From the NCBI RefSeq assembly GCF_001194135.2, contig NC_068988.1, forward strand, positions 33,407,042 to 33,471,041: a stretch of 64,000 nt of DNA. The letters are read 5' to 3'. The position numbers and the translations under genes were made by a program. The DNA is from Octopus bimaculoides. Lineage: Eukaryota. The notes under the pieces are model-generated. The model saw only the letters and a program-made list of their open reading frames with translations. It made no database searches and was not told where the DNA came from. Of this stretch, positions 1 through 13,269 are shown piece after piece; positions within the stretch are counted from its first letter, which is position 1, and every line of letters begins with the position of its first letter.

Positions 1-2059
1 CCATCAAATTGTGTCAATTTTAATATTTCAGGAGCCGTGCGGGGGTGGGGTTTTCGAGACCCATCAATCGATATGTCCTTGGAGAAAAGAACGTTCTTCT
101 GCACTAGAAATTTCTACTACCTGAAAATCATAGCCCTCTGTATGTAATGCATACATAAGTCAATTTCATATTCTCTTGTTCTCGAATTAAAAATTACATT
201 AGCAAAAAGCAAGGATCTTTGTCACAAAACACCTGCTTACAACGTTTACAAATCATCTGCTCACAGCGTCTAGGATGGCGGTAACATTTGGAAACTAATT
301 GTTCTTTCACGAGCACATGTGAAAAGTAAATTTTTCCAATTGAATCCTGATAATACTTCGGAAACCAATTTCCAGATAACGTTGAAGTTGATGATATTAA
401 AAGGCTGGAGAGAGACTAGACGATCGATATTTTCCGAATACCATGACACAGAAGAAGAACCACTGAATACTTTGTCATCAAGTAAACTAGCTATTATTAA
501 CCGTCTGGCGGAATAAATTTGTTTCCTATATTATCAACTCCGGATATTTTTAATCCATATATGATGCAGATGTAATTCGGGCTAAATTTGTGAAAAGTGA
601 TATATGTGATTTTCTAACATGTTATCAATGAACGTTGTATTCCAAGGACTGTTTCGACATTAACCAACATATTTTCACTGCTATTTACTATAGTATATGG
701 CAGACAAGGAAAAACTGACTCAGGTTTAACCATTAGTGGCATCTCATGTGCATTAAAGAAAACATATCATTTGATCAGCCACTATGTAATATCTATGTGT
801 GACTTCTTTGGCAGTATAATAATGTGTTTAGGAAAGATAGTATTGTGAAAGATAGTAAAGTGATCCCACTTGTACACAGTTAGTTTTGGATCCCATCACA
901 TGCACTTTTAGGGTCTTGAACTCTACTATGACATTGTAATCATTTGGAAGTTGGTGCAGATCAACAGAAAATTAAATGAGGTCAAGTATTTGAGTGGTGC
1001 ATTTTTTTAAAACGTGGAAGTATCAAATCCAAGTATGATAACAGAATACTGCGATGCCTTTCGTCCGTCACTCTACAGATTCTTCCAAAATCACGGCATT
1101 GGTAAAATTTAAAATGTGAATATCATTAGTTTCGGTTAGTTCATATGCATTAGCTTGTACGCGAATCTGAAGTTTCAAAAATATTCGTTCTATTTGTGAA
1201 CATTGTTAAAAAAAGAAAATTGTCGCCTGACTTAAATATTTATCCATTCTGTGTTCACTACAATTATTAGGCTTTTATATTGACTTAGTGTTACCATTTA
1301 ATGAGTGATGTAAAAATATATATAAAAAATGCTTATTTTATGTCAAGAAAAGTAGAGATGCGATTAAATTGCGTTACATTAGCGTGTGAATGATGTTTTA
1401 TATATTCATGGAGAGAAAGAAGGTATTTATATGAGCGCAATGGCATACGTTTGAGGGTGAAGAATAAAATTTCCGATGTAGTTACTTTTAGACGACTAAG
1501 AACTTTCGTGAATAATTGAATTACTGACCATTACGAAAAACAAGTTACAAGTTTGCTTTACCATATTATTAGCAATTGTGATGAAAAGCTGTAAATGGGT
1601 CTCCACTGAACGAATAAATGCAGCATACAAGTAACTGAATAATGGACAGTACATATCCATATATTAGTGCCCCAGGGCTGTTTATTTCTCTGGTTTATAC
1701 TGTATTAGTTATTATAGATATATTTTTTAAAATCTCTCTCAAGTTTTCGTAAAAACAATCGGCAAAAAACCCGCTTATATTCTAAGGAATTTCTCCGATG
1801 AAATTATTAATCCGTCTCCAAGTTTAACACTACCAATTTACCTTGGAAACCTGTTTTCATCAATTCTATAATCTTTCGAATCAGGTCTCCCGCGTCGGGA
1901 TAAATCTATAATCCATGTCTATTCTCTCGATTTTCCCTACCAATTACATATTATAAATATTTGCGAAGTCTGTCTTTCCTTCTGTGGTTAAGTTATAAAA
2001 GTGTAAATACTGCTTTTAAAATATTTGTTGTTGTTAGCTGCATCTCGTGTTTCCGAGCT

Positions 2060-2285
2060 TGCAATCCAGTTAATTGTCCTGTGTGTTTAAACCGCAGATG
2101 GCTCCGCAATCCAAGGGTTGCATGAAACATACGGAGACATTGTGGACAAGGGATAGAAGGGCCTGGTTTGGGAAGAAGGCGCTGCTTACTTTCTTTTAAA
2201 GTATGAAGGTCTATTAAAAGGATATTCATAAACTTAATTAAAGATATAACAAGGTTCCAAATTTTGGCGCAGAGTCAGCAGTTCT
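2060..2285 (-). mobile_element. 3' fragment of an RTE-type LINE ORF with C-terminal C2H2 zinc finger
   Basis: Minus strand reads KIWNLVISLIKFMNILLIDLHTLKESKQRLLPKPGPSIPCPQCLRMFHATLGLRSHLRFKH; C-x2-C-x12-H-x4-H (about 2083-2148) preceded by a W...basic segment, the layout of RTE ORF C-termini. Confidence 0.6.
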
Positions 2286-2316
2286 TTTATTTTTATTTGT
2301 TTTTGTTTTTTCTTTA

Positions 2317-2452
2317 GAGGAGGAGAGTTTGATTACATCGACTTTTATTTCATTTCTCGACACCGAAAATATGAATGGCATTTGAGCTCAAAAGTTAAAG
2401 GCAGACGCTGCTATGGATTTTGTCCGGCGAGGTTCTACTACCTCACCGCCTT
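2317..2452 (-). mobile_element. SINE family A, degenerate copy
   Basis: gattacatcgac...tcgacaccgaaa matches the reverse complement of the core shared with the copy at 36677-36889. Confidence 0.55.
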
Positions 2453-2471
2453 AGTTGAAAGTATATTTATC

Positions 2472-3295
2472 GTATTTTTTTCCTTTTGGCCGGCACATTT
2501 AAAAAACATTTTTTTGTAACTAAACACTTTAAAAATTCGTATGCTGGTAGAATGTTTCACATAAAACATCATTTATCCTTGGCATTTTTGAGAAAATTGT
2601 GCATTTTCGAAGTTATTTCGTGTTAAAGTTGTCGTATTTCGTAATTTCAACCAATCAATGACGTCTAATGAAGTGAAAACAATTACTGCTGTTGTTTGTC
2701 AAAAACAACTTCCGGCGGGGTGTATTTCGTTTTTCACTGTTATTTATGACATATTTCATCTCAGTTACGTTTGTATGAATAAACGAGTGTATCTGAAGCA
2801 TGTTTACTTCATGGCGCCACCAAAATCGTTCGTGCATTTCTACTGCTTTTAGTTCTTTTTCCTGTTTTTCAGTTAGTATTTTCGGAAAGACATGTTTGCC
2901 CCCTCCAATTTCTTCATTTTTCATATTTTTCCGTAACTCTAACGCTAAACACCCAACCCTAACCCTAACCCTAAAACCCTAAAGCTAAAACCAGTACAAA
3001 TGCACGATCAATGTCATAAGTATCAGTGACAAACGAAATATACACCGCCGATAGTTATTGTTGACAAACAACGGCAGTAATTTTTTTCAGCTGAATACAC
3101 GTCATTGATAGGTTGAAATTACCGAAATACGACAACTTTAACACGAACTAACTTTAAGAAATATAAACTTTTCGCAACAACACTAAGAGTAAAAGATGTT
3201 TTATATGACAAATTCTACTAGTGCCCAAAGTTTGAAAGTGTTTAGTTACAAAAAGTTAATTTCTCTATGTGCTATTCAAAGGGCAAAAAGATCCT
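2472..3295. mobile_element. Fold-back/MITE-like non-autonomous DNA element with long inverted arms and an internal (CCCTAA)n tract
   Basis: Arms at about 2477-2855 and 2980-3294; 2617-2641 ttcgtgttaaagttgtcgtatttcg is the exact reverse complement of 3123-3147; a further partial arm copy lies at about 54990-55110. Confidence 0.8.
2952..2990 (-). repeat. Short telomere-like (TTAGGG)n tract, degenerate
   Basis: cccaaccctaaccctaaccctaaaaccctaaagctaaaa on the plus strand. Confidence 0.85.
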
Positions 3296-3344
3296 ATTAA
3301 CCTTATCTATTATAAGGGAATAAGTTCTCAAATTTCAAAGACGT

Positions 3345-3445
3345 TGTAAGCCGATTACATCGACTTCACTGTTGAGCTGCTACTTATTTCATCGACACCG
3401 AAAGCATCTCTATTCCGCAGATGCCTAGACTTCGGCGGAATCGAT
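3345..3445 (-). mobile_element. SINE family A fragment
   Basis: gattacatcgac...tacttatttcatcgacaccgaaag...gacttcggcggaat matches the family core in antisense. Confidence 0.55.
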
Positions 3446-4299
3446 ATGTTTCTGTTTAAATTATACCTCATAAATGATCTAATGCATTACACTCGTGTTT
3501 GCATTTTTTTTATGTGTACATTGAGTTACGCTATCCAGTGTATCCTTGATTTATTAGTTCGATTTCAAGTATATTTCAATATTGTTTCTCAACATATTTC
3601 GCGACAACGTAGAGGTGAATGTGATACTTTCTACAGAAAAGAAAATTACGAGTTTGTGTTGAAAAATAATGTTTATTATAGTTTACAAAGTCTGTTGAGA
3701 GAAACGATTTAACACACATAGACAGAATCATAAAATTCAAAAGAGTTTACTTGAATTCTATTGCTGATGGCAACTCCAAATTTCGATCTAGAAAAATAAA
3801 TGAGAAACCATGCTAGAGCTTATTTTCTATCATTTATAAAATACAATTGCTTTATTTACATTATTCCTTGAATCCATCATACTAGCGGATATAATTACAA
3901 ACAAATTTACCGTATAATTATTGGAAGTATGTACGCATCTGTGTGCGAACACACGAAGGCAATATTATATCTTAAATCTCCTACTTAAAATAAAGATGCC
4001 ATATCAGTTGAGTGATACAGAAAATAGCTATTGTAGTCTTTCGCTTAAGTAGCACACAACTTTGAAACTAGTTTCGAAGACGCGATAAAATCTGAAATCA
4101 TATGTTGCTTAGTGCATCATTCTGAAATGCTCAGAAGCAACAAGCAATCACATCGACACACAAAAGTACGTGAGTATATACATACATATATGCATGTATG
4201 TGTGTGTGTGTTTGTGTGTGTGTGTAGGCGGTGGGTAAAGAAATGTATAGACACTTCAACAGCTGATTGTTTGTTTAGTTTTCAATTCTTAGATTTAAA

Positions 4300-5150
4300 T
4301 CATTGGAAAGAATGGATTGAGTCAAACGAAGATTTGAACAAAGATTTGAACAAAATGCGGTCGGAGTGCACAAATTGCTTAGAACGGATTATCAAACAGA
4401 TCCGCCTGCGCGATTTACCATCACTTGAATTAGTAAAAAGTTTGAAGCAGATTCAACAGTTCAGAATGTCCGTAGATAGCCACATACATCACAAAGTATT
4501 GCTAGGTATCAAGAAAATGAGATCTGAATTTAAAAATCAATCAATCATCGCATTTTGAAGCGATGTCTTTGGAAAAGTTATATTCAAAGACAAGTTCATC
4601 CTGACAGGAGCGTGGAGGAGTTTTGAGAGTGATACTTGCCATGAAGTGTCGAAGATGCAAACTTTCTAGCATCGATGTTTTGGGGAGATGAGACTACATT
4701 TATATTAAATGAATCAACTAAGATCCACATGTTCACAATATGGAGATCTGAGAATCCGTGCATAACGGATCAACATTATTTTGATTAACCAGTTTCAGTG
4801 CGGTCCGCTTTAACATCAAAAAAGAATAGCCGAGCGATTGTTGCTTGACAGCACTGTCACACGTTACTATTACTTGATCTTACTGCGATAGTCAGTCATG
4901 CCAAGCATTCAAGAGAATTTGAAGCTGTGGAGTTTTATTTCTCGCAAGATGGAGAACTGCGACATTGCCGTAGTAATGTACTACTGATGAGATTTTGCCA
5001 GCCAGGTGGACTTGACAAAAAGTTCAATAGAATAACCTCTGCGCTATCAGAACCGCACATCACCACACGATTTTATGCTTAAACTTAAGACATTGTTTAC
5101 AGTGCAAAACAACACCAACATTCGGCGTATCACGAGCATCCGCTGAACGA
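4300..5150 (+). pseudogene. Degenerate IS630-Tc1-mariner transposase
   Basis: Broken frames give NAVGVHKLLRTDYQTDPPARFTIT*ISKKFEADSTV (HTH region), FLASMFWGDETTFILNESTKIHMFTIWRSENP (first catalytic D), STVTRYYYLILL and FYFSQDGELRH (second D, QQDGA-like); many stops and frameshifts. Confidence 0.8.
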
Positions 5151-5659
5151 AAATATACACAAATATTGCAAGGAATGTTCTTTGATGTTTATGATTTCAC
5201 GGCTTTGAGTTATCAGTAGAGCGTTGACCTGAACTGTCGTTATTTTGAACACAGACGTGCATAACAATATATTATTCTGTCTAGAGATTCCGTTACATTT
5301 TAAAAAGGGAAATATCTTTTAAATTAACAATGACATTTATATACACGCTGTCTATATAAACATATAAATATACAGCTGCATACAACCAAAAACTCAAGGC
5401 ACACAGTCATAAGCATATGCAGTGGAGAATAATATTCAACCACTTTATGTGTATACAGTTCCTAATTTTCCTGTTGAAACTTTGTTGTGTAAGTGGTGTA
5501 GTAAAAATAATGCTGGAATTACATTTCAGTTTCATCGGAAAACAGTGATATTCTCGAAATCGGAAAGTGTGTGGGTGCGAGTGCGTACATGTGTGTGTGT
5601 GCGTGTGTGCACGATCGTGCGTGTGAGTGTGTGCGTCTTTTTACTATCTTAATAAAAAA

Positions 5660-6000
5660 ATATTGCCAAACATGACATCCAGTGTGTGTTTGTATGTATA
5701 CATATCTATTTATCTATCTATATTCATATCCATCTATATTCATATCTATCTATGTATCTATCTAACTATCTATCTATCTGTATGTCTGTCTGTCTGTCTA
5801 TCTATATATTTATATCAAAATCTCTATCTATATATATATATATACGTGTGTGTGTGTATGTGTGTGTATGTGTGTGTATGTGTGTGTGTGTGAGTGTATG
5901 TGTATGTGCGTGTGTATCTGTGTGTATGCGTCTGTGTGTGCGTAGATTTCCACGATTGTATATGATTGATTATATTATATATATATATATATATATATAT
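5660..6000. repeat. Compound microsatellite (TATC)n/(TA)n/(TG)n
   Basis: Directly visible; abuts an N-gap. Confidence 0.95.
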
Positions 6001-6689
6001 NNNNNNNNNNNNNNNNNNNNNNNNNNNNNNNNNNNNNNNNNNNNNNNNNNNNNNNNNNNNNNNNNNNNNNNNNNNNNNNNNNNNNNNNNNNNNNNNNNNN
6101 NNNNNNNNNNNNNNNNNNNNNNNNNNNNNNNNNNNNNNNNNNNNNNNNNNNNNNNNNNNNNNNNNNNNNNNNNNNNNNNNNNNNNNNNNNNNNNNNNNNN
6201 NNNNNNNNNNNNNNNNNNNNNNNNNNNNNNNNNNNNNNNNNNNNNNNNNNNNNNNNNNNNNNNNNNNNNNNNNNNNNNNNNNNNNNNNNNNNNNNNNNNN
6301 NNNNNNNNNNNNNNNNNNNNNNNNNNNNNNNNNNNNNNNNNNNNNNNNNNNNNNNNNNNNNNNNNNNNNNNNNNNNNNNNNNNNNNNNNNNNNNNNNNNN
6401 NNNNNNNNNNNNNNNNNNNNNNNNNNNNNNNNNNNNNNNNNNNNNNNNNNNNNNNNNNNNNNNNNNNNNNNNNNNNNNNNNNNNNNNNNNNNNNNNNNNN
6501 NNNNNNNNNNNNNNNNNNNNNNNNNNNNNNNNNNNNNNNNNNNNNNNNNNNNNNNNNNNNNNNNNNNNNNNNNNNNNNNNNNNNNNNNNNNNNNNNNNNN
6601 NNNNNNNNNNNNNNNNNNNNNNNNNNNNNNNNNNNNNNNNNNNNNNNNNNNNNNNNNNNNNNNNNNNNNNNNNNNNNNNNNNNNNNNNN
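6001..6689. other. Assembly gap
   Basis: N run flanked by (TA)n. Confidence 1.
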
Positions 6690-9229
6690 TATATATATAT
6701 ATATATATATATTGCGCCTAGGCATTCTGAATCCAACTACCTATACTTCAGAACAATGTGTTAAATAAGGAGAAATCGGAAGTGAGAAAAGAGATGACAC
6801 AGGAATAACAGCGGTTTTGTTACCAATTTCGTTAAATTACAGCTGTTTCTGCAATAAGATACAGTGCACGTAACTAATAGTGTACTACATTATGCACTCT
6901 GTCATTGTGTTTTATTAAATACATTATAGTAGTTAGAGCATAAAGAAAGGTCATTCGGCCAAGGCAAAATTCAAACCTGACGCGCTTAACCGACCCGTAA
7001 ACGAAATGTATTTTACATGATAAGTCCTTGAGGAGGAATACTATAAGATATGGGAAAGAGAGCAGGGAAGTGGGTAATGTGAGAATGGTGAGAAGAAGAG
7101 ATGAAAGCAAGCGCCGCTGTTGGTCTCATTTTTCACTATACTGAATTTATATCAATTAAAGAAGACAGGAATAAACAAGCAGGGAATCAATGGAATAGTG
7201 ATGTGGGTAGCATAGGAAGAAAAAATGTTGACCTAGGAAAACATAGGAGACTAGAGAAGGAGCAGACTTTAAATCAATTAGGGTAGAAATGCTGAGATAG
7301 GAAGAAATGTGCAAGGAGAATAGAGAAAATTTAAGAAAGAGAAATAGAAGACAATGATGCAAGCATAGCTAAGTATTAAGTAAGGGTTTAAACGTAATTA
7401 AGAGGGACGATAAAGACTTTACAAAATGGGAAAATGTGGAAGAAAATGTGTGCGTACATGAGAAGAATGCATCAGAGAACAACTGTCTAAAGAGGAGTTA
7501 TGATGGTGAAGGATATGTAAACTAATTTCTTATCCAAGAAACGTATCGGTAATTTTAGACATGCTCTTAGAGTTATCATCAACCTCAACTTTCGGTTTTC
7601 TTTTCCTCTCTTTCTCTCTAGCTAACTGTCATACCTAATTGTTGATTTACCGTTTGCTTAGTGACAAATCAAAAGTAGATCTTTCTATCCCCATACTGAT
7701 CTTGATTAACCGTCTTCCTTCCACCTCTTCTACCTTTGTTCATTTCCCCACTGTTATAGATTTTCGACCTCCCTTCATCTTGTCCTTTTTTGTTTCCCAT
7801 TATTTCTACCACGTATTCCTAAGGTATTCATATCGTCCCTCTCCCTGACTTTTGCTCCTATTCTTCCTCTTGCACTCGTACATGAACTACGTTTGCCAAT
7901 TTTTCTCTTGACGAAATGAGCAAGAGGTATAATATCTCTAGTGAGTATTTACTTGTTTGATACCCAAAATTGTTTGCACATTCTATCAGATAATTATGAA
8001 TATTTTGATTATAACGTTATTTCGAACTTCCTGAAACGGCTGTTATATTATCTTCTTAGTCTTCTTGATTTTAATTGCTTTATGTATATATATTCAGAAT
8101 GTATGCACTGTATGTGCTGTAGGCCTTTATTTTCTTTAAACAAGTAAAACATTCCCACTCAAATATATTTGTTAACCAGATAATATGCTATAGATTTATT
8201 TACTCGACTCTCTGTGAATAGAGATTGAACCCTGAGCCAGACGGCTCTGGAGCATTATGTTCATGCAGACATAGATATGAGTGCCCTAATTCTTTCAGTG
8301 TATTTTCTCACTGACAATAATTGATACTATGCACAGTCATATATACAGCATTTATATATAAATATCAAGAAAAGTGAAGTGGATTTAATTACCGTCTAGC
8401 TGTTTAGTTGTTAGTAAATGACTGCAACAAATGTTAGCTTGCGGTTGTTTGGGTAAAATTACTTTCAACTGAAAAGTCAGCTAAAAAGCGTAAATTGCTT
8501 TAATTTTTTTCTTTCTCTATTTTTTTTTTTTTTTGCATATTACCGATCCGCAATTAAGACTCACATCTGTTTTATCTTTAGCAATGCAAAGCGGCGTCAC
8601 GACATCGCATCATGTATGCACTGGTGTAGAATAACATTTTTGTTTTCTGCCTTTTTAGCTCAATTAAGAGAATGTAAAAGATTGTACAGATAGTACACAG
8701 TAAAGAAAAATTATAGATAAAAAAAATAATATTGATTTACTTTTAATAGGCACTTGGCCAATTTTCATATGTGCTGCATATAGTTGATAAAAGAATCGAT
8801 TCTCAGCAAATTACAGCTACATTTTGCATAGGCCTCGGAGGAATAAGTAGCAAATTCAACACCAGCAAACACTGGAATCAAAACAGTAAGGTTTTGAGAT
8901 TCAATATATATATATATTTCAACCGAATTCATGTTCTGAATGACATGTAAAAACATGAACATACCAACGTAATATTGTGCGAAATTAAACGTTCTTATTT
9001 AATTTACGATAGTCACCGTATCTATAAGTAAAATTGTGGAAATGATTGACGATTTGTGTACGTATATGCATACTTACATACTCACATGCATCTCCTTTAT
9101 CAACGCTTTTCGGCTCGCTTTTCGGAGAAACAACAATACAGAAAAATACTATTGCTGAAGCTACTTATTGACACAATGTTTCTAAATCCAGTGCCTCTCA
9201 GAGGCTTGGAAGTCACGACAAATATGTTA

Positions 9230-9460
9230 TCAATCTACAAGAATGTTATCAATCCTGCTAAATCTGTTGTGCTGATAATACCACACGTTATTCTGGTTTA
9301 CCTTATCATCCCTCTCCCTTGAAACAGTTGGAATTTGGTTCTAATCTTGATATAAATCTGCAGGCTAATACGACATTCGTTGAGAAGTGATTTGTAACAT
9401 TCAACCCTGACAAGACCATACTCATATATTTTAGTAGTAACCGGGATCCCTCACTTTCTC
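9230..9460 (+). mobile_element. LINE reverse-transcriptase C-terminal fragment (CR1/L2-like)
   Basis: CADNTTRYS...NLQANTTFVEK*FVTFNPDKT resembles YADDTTL...DL..I..W...WLVTFNP.KT. Confidence 0.45.
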
Positions 9461-10829
9461 CCATTCAAATGTTTTATGGATCCGACACACCATATTTGGA
9501 GACGGTTAAACTACTAGAAGCAGGGTTTTCTTTCATATTGTTTGGTCTTAATTCCTCGTCTGATCTTTCTTGAGATTCCTACATAGTCAGTTTAGTCGGT
9601 AATTCTGCCTCCCGTAATATGGTGTCAGTATATAGTTCAAAAGACTATCTGATATACTAGATCATTTTGTATCATTACAAACCCATAATTCGTTTTTGAA
9701 GGGAATACTGTCTAATGACTGGAAGAAGTAAGAGATAAAGGATAAAAGATACACCAAATTATAATTCTTGTCATAATTTTGTAAAACCGTGAAACGTTTG
9801 CATATATTTTTCTATGCCTACATTGCGATTTGTGCCGTTGTCTATTTCCAGAAGAACAAATACTCAATTTCTTAATTCAGTTCGAATATATACATATTTA
9901 ATGAATAATGTATTTCTTATTTGTCTCTCCTTGTAACCTATATTTCCTCAAGGAAATATAATCCACGGCAAACTGAAGACACTTCTATCGATAGTATAGT
10001 TTTATATGTATGAATCTGGTCATAATAAGTTGACAGTAACGAAAGTACATAGAATTATTTGTTGAAATTTAGTAATTCAATTCTGTGTTTAAGTTGGCCA
10101 TAGGAGGGAATCGATCTCCAAATACATAGCTACTAATTATAGAACTATTCAGATCGATAATCTAATACGATTCTGGTGGTTAAAACTTCAGCAAACTCAG
10201 AATTGCAATTTTTACTTGTTAAAGCTAACAATAAAAATAAATTGGTTTCTTGTCAATAAGGCATAAATTAGTTGTAATGCGGGTGATGAATACAATGAAA
10301 ATCCTATATTCATGCCTCGGATTTTATCGGCTGTCCGAGAAAAGAGAAAAGAGCAAACAGTATAAATGAAAGGAAACCTAAAGCGGGTGAATATTATACT
10401 GTGAAGCAATTTGTACGATACCCTAAAATTTCTACTGTATTATTAGCTTTGATTACAATGGTAAAATTTGACATAGCAAAGGACGGAAGCAAATCAACTT
10501 TTGACTGGTACATCATTAATCGATATTTGAAAAGCGAAATATAATATAGGGAGTTGCCTATTTGTCTAATGTTCGATTGACTGAAATTATACCGATTTCA
10601 AGAATAAGGGACATAAGTGCAACGCTTGGCAGGAAGCAAATATAATCAATATAGTAAACGTGAGTACTTAGGATTTATGTTAATGACAAGAGAAAGAGTG
10701 GTGAAACAATGCCGATATTGGGGGGAATGTAACTACGTGAAGAGACTTATGAAATGCATTCAACAAAGTCTAATTGTATATTTTTCAGCAGCCTGACAAT
10801 TTATGAAGAAAGTCTTGATAAGAAAATTG

Positions 10830-10920
10830 TATCAACAACGTCCTATTACTGGTACTTAAGTACCTAATTATTTGACCCCGGAAAATAAAAAAACTAACGG
10901 TCGACATTGGGCGTGTTCTG
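10830..10920 (-). mobile_element. SINE family A fragment
   Basis: actggtactta...tttgaccccggaa...ggtcgac in antisense. Confidence 0.4.
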
Positions 10921-11234
10921 AGCGATATTAATAGAAGCGAAAAAATCTTTTAATCTGATGCTCTATTGTTTTTATTACTCCTATACATTCAGTGATTGAG
11001 ATAATAGTGGCAGAGCTGACAGTTCTTTCTATGATTGTATTTGTTTTAACTTCATATTAAACTTTGACCTTTTGATTATTTGCAAATTAGATGCAAATTT
11101 TGTCTGTCATAATTATCTCTAAACCCGATCAGTCGTCCATGATAGTTCATTAATAACGTCAGTATAATTTCAAACAAAATTACAACAAAAATAAACCATG
11201 CGCAAACATTAAAACGTACGCAGACAACATGTTC

Positions 11235-11404
11235 ACACACACAGAGACACACATACACACACAAACACGCAAGTACAGACACATACTGGTGCACACAACA
11301 ATTTCTTCGATGTGTATGTATCAAATGTTTCCACATACCAATATACATCTATATGTGTGCATATGTGAATATGTATGCGCGTATGTATGAGTGCATATAT
11401 ATAT

Positions 11405-11435
<31 letters not shown>

Positions 11436-11527
11436 TATCAATAAAGATGCCCACACATAGAGACATACATTTATACATAAGATACATAAACACACACATA
11501 TAAATACACATACACGCACACACGCAG

Positions 11528-11612
<85 letters not shown>
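11235..11612. repeat. Compound (CA)n/(TA)n/(TG)n microsatellite
   Basis: Directly visible. Confidence 0.9.
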
Positions 11613-11614
<2 letters not shown>

Positions 11615-12629
11615 TGCAAGAATATAATATTACACTTCATCAATTAATCGATATTTTTCGGCAAATCGAAAGAATTGATCAACCTAACCATTTTGCTTTG
11701 GATTTTTAATGCTTTGTATTCCTTAAAACCCGTTACATTTTCATCAGTTATGTTTTTATTTAAATATTTTCTTCAATTATTTATTTGTTACTGTTTTCTT
11801 TTGTTATTCTCTGTATTATTTTATTGTTTATTGCTTTATTGCTTCTCTGTGTTTTATCCGCTCGGTTAACAAGTTGCATTGCGAACTGCTAGAGTCTTAC
11901 ATACACACACACACACACAAACGCCAAATAGAAACCTTGTTCAATAATAAAGCAATCAACTAATAATTCCACCGGACTATTGATGTGGGAATATCGCATA
12001 TACTTCATATCACCGCGCTTTATAGTCAATATGCTAATTACAGTTTCAGCAACAGCATCCCTGCATTTTGTGTTTTTATTAATGGTCATGTCAGTGTAAT
12101 CGATATACGTATACATGTATACATGTACGCATAAACACACACAGACACACATAAATGCACACACTCGCACACTCGTGCACACATGCGCACGCAAACACGT
12201 ACTAGGCAGACACACATACACATACAGACACATATATACATAATATACATACGTATGTTAATGTGCATAAACTATGACTGTATTATTCGTTCGATTATGG
12301 AACTACGTAACGCTTAGCCACTTTATTCTGATTCTTTCCCCCATATTTGACAAACTGGTATATGCTTAATACCTTGATTGGGAATATTCCCTCATTTTTA
12401 CATCTTTCTGACTTCTGCTCTGACGATGGAATTCTCAGCTTATGTGAATCCTTACTCAATATGACGATCCACATGCCTGGCTACTCTAGAAACATGTGTA
12501 AGAGGCTCAATACATTTATGTTCTCTCTCTCAATGAAAAGGGATTTTTTCAAATGGTTTCAAACATTTTCCTTTACAATTTTTATTTAAAGTATATATAT
12601 GTATGAATGTACGTATGTATTGGTCTGAA

Positions 12630-12800
12630 ATTTTGAACAAATCCAGTAAGTTCGGGAAATTAGGTAAGTCGTTTACATCGACTGCAGTGTTCAGCTGGTA
12701 CTAATTTTGTTGACTCTGATAGAATGAAAAGCAATGTCGACCAATGTAGTATTTGAACTGAGAAGATAAAACCCAGTAGAAATGTCGTTAAATGTTCAGT
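12630..12800 (-). mobile_element. SINE family A, degenerate copy
   Basis: gtcgtttacatcgactgcagtgttcagctggtacta...gaatgaaaagcaatgtcgacc...atttgaactgag. Confidence 0.6.
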
Positions 12801-13269
12801 CCATTCTTGGAATAATAGTAACAATAATAATAATAAAAGTTTATTGCTAAATAGTTTATTGTAAGATCCTCAATTTCTTACGAAAAGAAAGAAAACAAGA
12901 AACATCGAAAGATTTACATCGAATGATTAAGATTATTTCCAATGAAAATTATATTCTCAAATTTGTAATACTCAAACAAAGTAAGAGAAGAGAAAAAAAA
13001 ACTTTCACAACACAAACTACAAAAAATAATGGGAAATCACATGAAGTGATTCTGGATTCCGCACACAAGCTCGATTTATCCTAACAGTCCAAAATCAAAT
13101 TCCTCCTTCTAGTTCATGCCAACAGCCTACAGTGCATAATTTTAATGCGGAATAATTGACGCCAAAGATTTCCGATAGTTTCAAACATTTTCCATTATTT
13201 TTTACTTATTACCACATCTCATTCTATCACCACATCAGTGTAAGTATAACATCAACTGACTTGAAAACT

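Noticed and set aside
32-723. Two symmetric phase-1 exon-like segments (32-139 and 694-723, the latter xYGRQGKTDS)
   Set aside because: No recognisable product; the first looks like repeat sequence and the second has a weak donor; such hits are expected by chance.
2952-2990. Possible telomere or chromosome-fusion scar
   Set aside because: Only a few degenerate units, embedded within a dispersed fold-back element.
4112-4558. 148-aa ORF as a host protein
   Set aside because: Starts in a microsatellite region and overlaps the transposase relic mostly in a shifted frame.
5686-6768. Long ORFs spanning N runs (also at 21.3, 24.5, 40.1, 44.9, 47.2, 48.6, 51.1, 55.9 and 58.0 kb)
   Set aside because: Artefacts of translating gaps and flanking (TA)n/(TG)n repeats.
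7990-8016. DNYEYFDY segment resembling the NNEYFEYV tail at 37664-37687 (possible paralogue)
   Set aside because: Only about 21 AT-rich nt of similarity, no good donor or nearby stop, and no other paralogous exons found.
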